NCBI GenBank assembly: GCA_036507075.1
Contig: DASXQR010000096.1
Location: 1-11,831, forward strand
Reading direction: 5' to 3'
Length of the DNA stretch: 11,831 bases
DNA from: Acidobacteriota bacterium
GTDB lineage: Bacteria; Acidobacteriota; UBA6911; JACQSX01
Within the stretch, counting starts at the first letter, position 1, and each line of letters opens with the position of its first letter. Below the pieces are notes generated by a model. It made no database searches, was not told the DNA's origin, and saw nothing but the letters and a program-made list of their open reading frames with translations. Positions 7,668-11,831 of this stretch are shown here, in pieces. The translations under genes were made by a program, and so were the position numbers.

Positions 7668-7819
7668 GAGGCAACAGTCAAAACCCGCCGGTTGTGTCAA
7701 TCGTTGAAAACGGTTTTAAACAGTTCTAGCCGCTCGAGCTGGCAGCGCTGCTTCTTCCCGTCTATTTTCCTCTCGTGGAACGCTTCTCACGTTTCCGGAA
7801 TTCCGGAAACATGAGATAT
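7668..7819. repeat. Palindromic element R1, copy D (lacks the second site) with extended left flank shared with copy C
   Basis: Palindrome at 7788-7813 with one mismatch (7811). 7668-7787 aligns with 6921-7019, with an internal indel. Confidence 0.93.
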
Positions 7820-7836
7820 ATCGCCATTACTAATCT

Positions 7837-8139
7837 CTAGCGCCGCACGGCGGAAGCGGCCTTCACAAAGCGGGAAAGCGCGCTGAGAACGCCTCTGACC
7901 TCGCCCGGATGTTTGAGCCGGTACCGATTCCGCCTGCCGTCCTGCTGGTAGCGCACCACCTCGGCCACTCGCAGCACGCCGAGCACGGTGCTCACCCGCT
8001 GCACGCTCCGGTGAACCGCGCGGGCGATTTCGCCGACGCTGAGCTCTCGGTTTTCCGCGAGCAGTTGAACAACTGAAAAGGCCAGCGGATTCCCGAGCAG
8101 CCGGCAGAGACGCGATTGCCTATAGCTGCCTTCTTCCAC
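7837..8139 (-). CDS. ArsR/SmtB-family winged helix-turn-helix transcriptional regulator
   Basis: 'CRLLGNPL...VVQLLAENRELSVGEIARAVHRSVQRVSTVLGVLRVAEVVRYQQDGRRNRYRL' follows the ArsR HTH-wing pattern; 100 aa, GTG start, weak RBS. Confidence 0.88.
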   Translation of the reverse strand: MEEGSYRQSRLCRLLGNPLAFSVVQLLAENRELSVGEIARAVHRSVQRVSTVLGVLRVAEVVRYQQDGRRNRYRLKHPGEVRGVLSALSRFVKAASAVRR

Positions 8140-8152
8140 GCCGGCTTACTTA

Positions 8153-8218
8153 TCACGTTTCCGGAATTCCGGAAACGTGAGATATGTCACGTTTGCTCAA
8201 TTGCGCAAATCCGCAAAT
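8153..8218. repeat. Palindromic element R1, copy E; candidate operator of the ArsR-like gene
   Basis: Perfect 28-bp palindrome at 8153-8180. Its 26-bp core begins 14 bp upstream of the GTG start, and the second site starts at 8188. Confidence 0.97.
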
Positions 8219-8259
8219 ATCAACGTGAACCGGCAAAAGTAGAATTGGGGGATGTGAGG

Positions 8260-8288
8260 TTGACAGTAAGCGCGTCATCGAATACGTT
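8260..8288 (+). promoter_or_regulatory. Candidate sigma70 promoter of the D-aminoacylase-like gene
   Basis: TTGACA-N17-TACGTT, 120 bp upstream of ATG 8409. Confidence 0.55.
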
Positions 8289-8408
8289 CCACGCAGAATA
8301 GGAATCCAAGTTCTTGGAGTCATGGGCAACAAATAATTTGTCGGGAAGCGCACGGCGGCAGTTCGGCCACGGAGCCGCAATGTGTGGCTCGGCCGCAGAG
8401 GAGGAGCA

Positions 8409-10112
8409 ATGTCATACGACCTGATCATCAAAAACGGAAAAATTATTGACGGTTCCGGGATACCGGGCTTCCACGCAGACGTCGCCGTCAGCGGCGAGCG
8501 TATCGTCGAGATCGGACAGGTGAGTGGGGATGCGCGACGAGTCCTGGATGCAGATGGCTTGGTGGTCTCTCCCGGAATCATCGATAACCACACGCATTAC
8601 GATGCCCAGGTCACCTGGGATCCCCTTTGCACTTTTTCTTGCTATCACGGCGTCACCACTGTCGTCATGGGCAACTGTTCTCTAGCCCTGGCTCCGGCCC
8701 ATGAGGAAGACCGGGAGATGCTGGCGAGTGTCCTGTCCCACGTGGAGGCGATTCCTCTGGAAGCCATTCGGGCCGGCGTCACATGGTCGTGGGAAACGAT
8801 CCCGCAGTATCTTGACACGCTGGACCAGCGGCTGGGAATCAACGTCGCCTCTCTCATCGGCCATTCCGCCGTGCGGCGCTACGTGATGGGTGAGGCTTCC
8901 CAAGAGCGGCACGCGACAGACGCCGAGGTTGCGGCCATGAAAGCGATCGTCCGGGAGGGGATCGAGGCCGGAGCTGTGGGCGTCTCCTTCGAGCGCAATC
9001 TCCGCCATTTCGACTGGAATGGCCGGCTTGCCCCTACCAATGTCGCCTCCGACGCTGAGATCTTCGCAGTGGCAGGCGTGGTGGACGAGGTGGGGCGCGG
9101 CGTCATCCAGTTTGGCGGAGACCGGAAGCTCGGGGCACAGGTAGCCAAGACGAGCCGGTGCCCGGTCTTCTACGGCAACATCACCCAGCAGGCGGTCGCT
9201 CCCAATCGGTGGCGGGACCAACTGACGGAAGCCGAGAACATGATGCGCCAGGGGCATCGCGCCTATCAGTTCGTGATGCCGCGGCCCGGAGACTTGCGCT
9301 ACACGCTGAAGACCGCCCAACACTTCGACGCCATGCCTAGCTGGAAACCGGTGATGCTGCTCCCGTTGGATAAGCGCAAACAAGCGTTCCGCGACGCCGA
9401 GGTCCGCGCCAAACTCCATCTGGAAGCGGTCGAGACGCCCCATTCCGGTCGGGCTGGAGACTTCACGCGCCGCTGGGATTTGCAGTTCGTGTTCCAGCCC
9501 GCATTGCCGAAGAATCAGCACCTCAAGGGTAAGAGCGTGGCCGAGATCGCCCGTGACCAGGGCAAGGATGTGCTGGACGTGTTCCTCGACTTGGCCCTGG
9601 AAGAGGAGCTGGAGACGGAGTTCGAACGACGTGAAGTAAACAGCGACGAAGCCGCTATGACTGCGCTCCTCACCAGCCCTTACACCATCATCGGGCAGTC
9701 GGACGGTGGCGCCCACGTCGTCTTTCGGACCGACTACAGCTACTCTACCTACCTCCTATCTCACTGGGTCCGGGAGAAGGGGATCATGTCGCTCGAGGAA
9801 GCGATCCGAAAGCTCACTTTCGTTCCCGCCTCGCTCTTCGGACTATTCGACCGGGGGCTGGTGCGCCCAGGCATGGCCGCAGACCTGATGGTGTTCGACC
9901 CTGAGACCATCGCCCCGCTAGAGCCGGGGGAAGCGCAGGATTTGCCGGGCGGAGCTAAGCGCCGCAAGCAGCTCGCCGAAGGGATCGAGTGGACCGTGGT
10001 GAACGGGCAAGTCCTCTTGGAGAAGGGCAAGCACACCGGCGTTTATCCCGGCAAAGTGGCGCGCAATCTGCGCCCTGCCGAGACAATTGCTGCTGGTCGA
10101 AGGACAGCGTAA
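8409..10112 (+). CDS. Amidohydrolase, N-acyl-D-amino-acid deacylase (D-aminoacylase)-like
   Basis: GAGGAG RBS before ATG 8409. Motifs 'DLIIKNGKIIDGSG', 'PGIIDNHTHYD', 'GVTTVVMGNC', 'SDGGAH' and 'DRGLVRPGMAADLMVFDP'. Confidence 0.93.
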   Translation: MSYDLIIKNGKIIDGSGIPGFHADVAVSGERIVEIGQVSGDARRVLDADGLVVSPGIIDNHTHYDAQVTWDPLCTFSCYHGVTTVVMGNCSLALAPAHEEDREMLASVLSHVEAIPLEAIRAGVTWSWETIPQYLDTLDQRLGINVASLIGHSAVRRYVMGEASQERHATDAEVAAMKAIVREGIEAGAVGVSFERNLRHFDWNGRLAPTNVASDAEIFAVAGVVDEVGRGVIQFGGDRKLGAQVAKTSRCPVFYGNITQQAVAPNRWRDQLTEAENMMRQGHRAYQFVMPRPGDLRYTLKTAQHFDAMPSWKPVMLLPLDKRKQAFRDAEVRAKLHLEAVETPHSGRAGDFTRRWDLQFVFQPALPKNQHLKGKSVAEIARDQGKDVLDVFLDLALEEELETEFERREVNSDEAAMTALLTSPYTIIGQSDGGAHVVFRTDYSYSTYLLSHWVREKGIMSLEEAIRKLTFVPASLFGLFDRGLVRPGMAADLMVFDPETIAPLEPGEAQDLPGGAKRRKQLAEGIEWTVVNGQVLLEKGKHTGVYPGKVARNLRPAETIAAGRRTA

Positions 10113-10161
10113 CTAACTCAAGAAGCGACGGCCAACTCCGTAGGTTGACACGCTAGCGAAG

Positions 10162-10306
10162 CAAATCCGAAATCCGAATATCGAAATCCGAAACAAACTT
10201 AAAACCGTAAAACCGAAATTCAAAATCCGAAACGGGCCGTTTAGAGGTTTCTGCTTTTTGACCATTTGAATTTGTTTCGCGTTTCGGATTTCGAGTTTCG
10301 AATTTG
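10162..10306. repeat. Long imperfect inverted repeat built of (AAATCCG)-like heptamers
   Basis: Arms 10162-10197 and 10271-10306 are 28/36 reverse-complementary. It lies between convergent genes. Confidence 0.85.
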
Positions 10307-10407
10307 TTTCTATTTTGCGTCTCGGGTTACGTTCGACTCCGCTCAGCGCGAGATACAATCCTTCTCTTCTCGTCGTCGGAAAAATTCAAATAGGTCGGTT
10401 TAGCTAG

Positions 10408-10563
10408 CAGGGCTACTGAGAAATCCCTCGGAGTCCTTCGACACGCTCAGAGCCCGTCCTGAGCTTGACGAAGGAACGAACGGAATGTGAGTATTGAAAT
10501 GATTGAACAAAATCCGTTCACGCTGAGGTTCTCGAAGCGTGAGTGCCATTTTTCAGCAGCCTG
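10408..10563. mobile_element. MITE-like non-autonomous element with internal REP-like hairpins
   Basis: Imperfect terminal inverted repeats CAGGGCTACTGAGAAAT / ATTTTTCAGCAGCCTG, flanked by CTAG and TTAG. Internal hairpin at 10434-10475 has 15/17 paired. Confidence 0.6.
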
Positions 10564-11831
10564 TTAGGCTTTCTTCAGTCCAAGCTCATTAGCCACCGCT
10601 TGCTCGATGACGGTGCCCTTGAAGAAGCCTGGGTTGTTGCGCGTGTGCAGACGCGCGGCGTTGGTGAACGTGAACTCCCGGAAATCCTGCTCCGTCACGA
10701 AGCCCTTCTCCACCATCTCAAACGCTTCAGGAATCACCTCTCTGAAATCGGGCACGTCGAAATGCGTGAAGTCGGAGCTGAAGACCGGCCGAAGCCGGAC
10801 GCCCATACGGGGATCGAAAGCCCACATCGTCGCCCGGTCGTCCGCCTCGCAGCCAAAGTAGAAGTTGCCGGAGAAGACTGCCCGGACGTCCTCTTTTGAG
10901 TTAATTCCTGCTGCCTCAAAATCGTCCGAGATATGATCGGGCCGCCCGAGTTCTTCAAGACCGCACTCCGGGCGGAATGCGTCCAAGTTGTTCATGATCG
11001 CGTCGGCGTTGGCTTTCAGTCTTTGATCGCCATACCGGTCGATAAGCTGATGCAACTCGGCAACCTTGGTTGCGCTCGGATACTGCAGCCCGGCGCGGCG
11101 GCGCTTCTCCCAGTGTTCGACCAAGTCGGCGCACATCTGACAGGCCCAACTCACTCCGCCTTCCATGAACCCAAAATTGAGGCTTGGGTAGCGCCGCACG
11201 ACACCCAGGAAAACGCCCCGCGCGAAGGCGTGGTTCGCTTCGGCGAAGTGACCGACGTGGTTGTAGGTGAAGTTGCTGATGGAGGCGCGATCCGACCAGC
11301 GGACGCTGCCTGAGTGTTGGGTCACGGCCACGCCGAGGTCGACGCACCGCTGCCAGAACGGGTCGTAGTCATAGGGGCTGTCGAGGGCGATGGTATCGCA
11401 GTACCAGGCGGCCTTCTGCGGATCGATTCCCTCCGCCGCGCTTGGGATCGGTCGCTCCTGGTTTCCCCGCACCATGATCGCTTTGAAACCCAGCTGCCTG
11501 ACCGCGTATTCCAGCTCCTCAAGGGCTTCCTCCGGCGTCTGGGTGGGCACGATGGCTACCGGCGTAAACCTTGCGGCAAACGGCGCGAACATGTCAGCCG
11601 TCATCATGTTGTAGGCACGGGTTGCGGCCCGGTGCAGGTCATCCTGGGCTATGCCGGTGATGGTGAGCCCGAAGCTCGGATAGATCAGCGCGAAGTCGAT
11701 GCCCAATTCGGGCAGGCGCTCGTTCAGCAAGGCCGGCAGCAGCGCCGTTGCCTTGTCGAGCGTATTGCTGGTGACACCCCACCAGATCGTGCGCCGCAGG
11801 CGATTGTGCTGGCGCTCCGGCCAGCTGGCCC
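10564..11831 (-). CDS. Amidohydrolase family protein (amidohydro_2 type), 5' partial
   Basis: The frame stays open to the window edge (…WWGVTSNTLDKATALLPALLNERL). Motifs 'GIDFALIYPS', 'YDPFWQRCVDLGV', 'FMEGGVSW' and 'FSSDFTHFD'. Confidence 0.9.
   Translation of the reverse strand, partial: ASWPERQHNRLRRTIWWGVTSNTLDKATALLPALLNERLPELGIDFALIYPSFGLTITGIAQDDLHRAATRAYNMMTADMFAPFAARFTPVAIVPTQTPEEALEELEYAVRQLGFKAIMVRGNQERPIPSAAEGIDPQKAAWYCDTIALDSPYDYDPFWQRCVDLGVAVTQHSGSVRWSDRASISNFTYNHVGHFAEANHAFARGVFLGVVRRYPSLNFGFMEGGVSWACQMCADLVEHWEKRRRAGLQYPSATKVAELHQLIDRYGDQRLKANADAIMNNLDAFRPECGLEELGRPDHISDDFEAAGINSKEDVRAVFSGNFYFGCEADDRATMWAFDPRMGVRLRPVFSSDFTHFDVPDFREVIPEAFEMVEKGFVTEQDFREFTFTNAARLHTRNNPGFFKGTVIEQAVANELGLKKA

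Noticed and set aside
4171..8218. CRISPR array interpretation of the five palindromic repeats
   Set aside because: Spacing is irregular (366-1537 bp), whole genes lie between copies, and no cas genes are present.
4171..8218. Canonical integron attC sites
   Set aside because: There are no RYYYAAC/GTTRRRY cores or extrahelical-base pattern, the palindrome is only 26 bp, and no intI gene is in the window.
8382..8408. Upstream TTG/GTG/ATG extension of the deacylase ORF (track start 8382)
   Set aside because: The strong RBS and the family N-terminus (MSYDLII) support ATG 8409.
8682..9716. 344-aa minus-strand ORF
   Set aside because: It is an antisense shadow of the amidohydrolase with no recognisable motifs.
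10113..10358. 81-aa ORF containing 'ETNSKLEIRN' and 'FRISIFGFRI'
   Set aside because: It is a translation artefact of the heptamer inverted repeat.

Overview
This bacterial chromosomal window is GC-rich. Its gene content (Bug/TctC binding protein, amidohydrolases, cupins) is reminiscent of Candidatus Binatia and related deltaproteobacteria, which is an inference. Genes in order: partial Bug/TctC-family solute-binding protein (+), 5' fragment of a Lin0512-family gene (+), secreted alpha/beta hydrolase (+), SAM O-methyltransferase (-), small cupin (-), intact Lin0512-family gene (+), bicupin (-), Phd/YefM antitoxin with a truncated RelE/ParE-type toxin (-), ArsR/SmtB-type winged-helix regulator (-), N-acyl-D-amino-acid deacylase-like amidohydrolase (+), and a partial amidohydrolase_2 protein (-). 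The most striking feature is a ~65-80 bp element present five times, all in the same orientation, between 4171 and 8218. It has a 26-bp palindrome (CACGTTTCCGGAATTCCGGAAACGTG) followed 34 bp later by a degenerate site of the same architecture. The copies divide the region into units of 1-2 genes, and one copy lies 14 bp upstream of the ArsR-like gene. It could be a multi-operator regulon or a cassette-like recombination array. The intergenic DNA also holds a 235-bp near-identical duplication, a three-copy repeat that appears to derive from coding sequence, 7-mer and 9-mer repeat tracts, and a MITE-like element.
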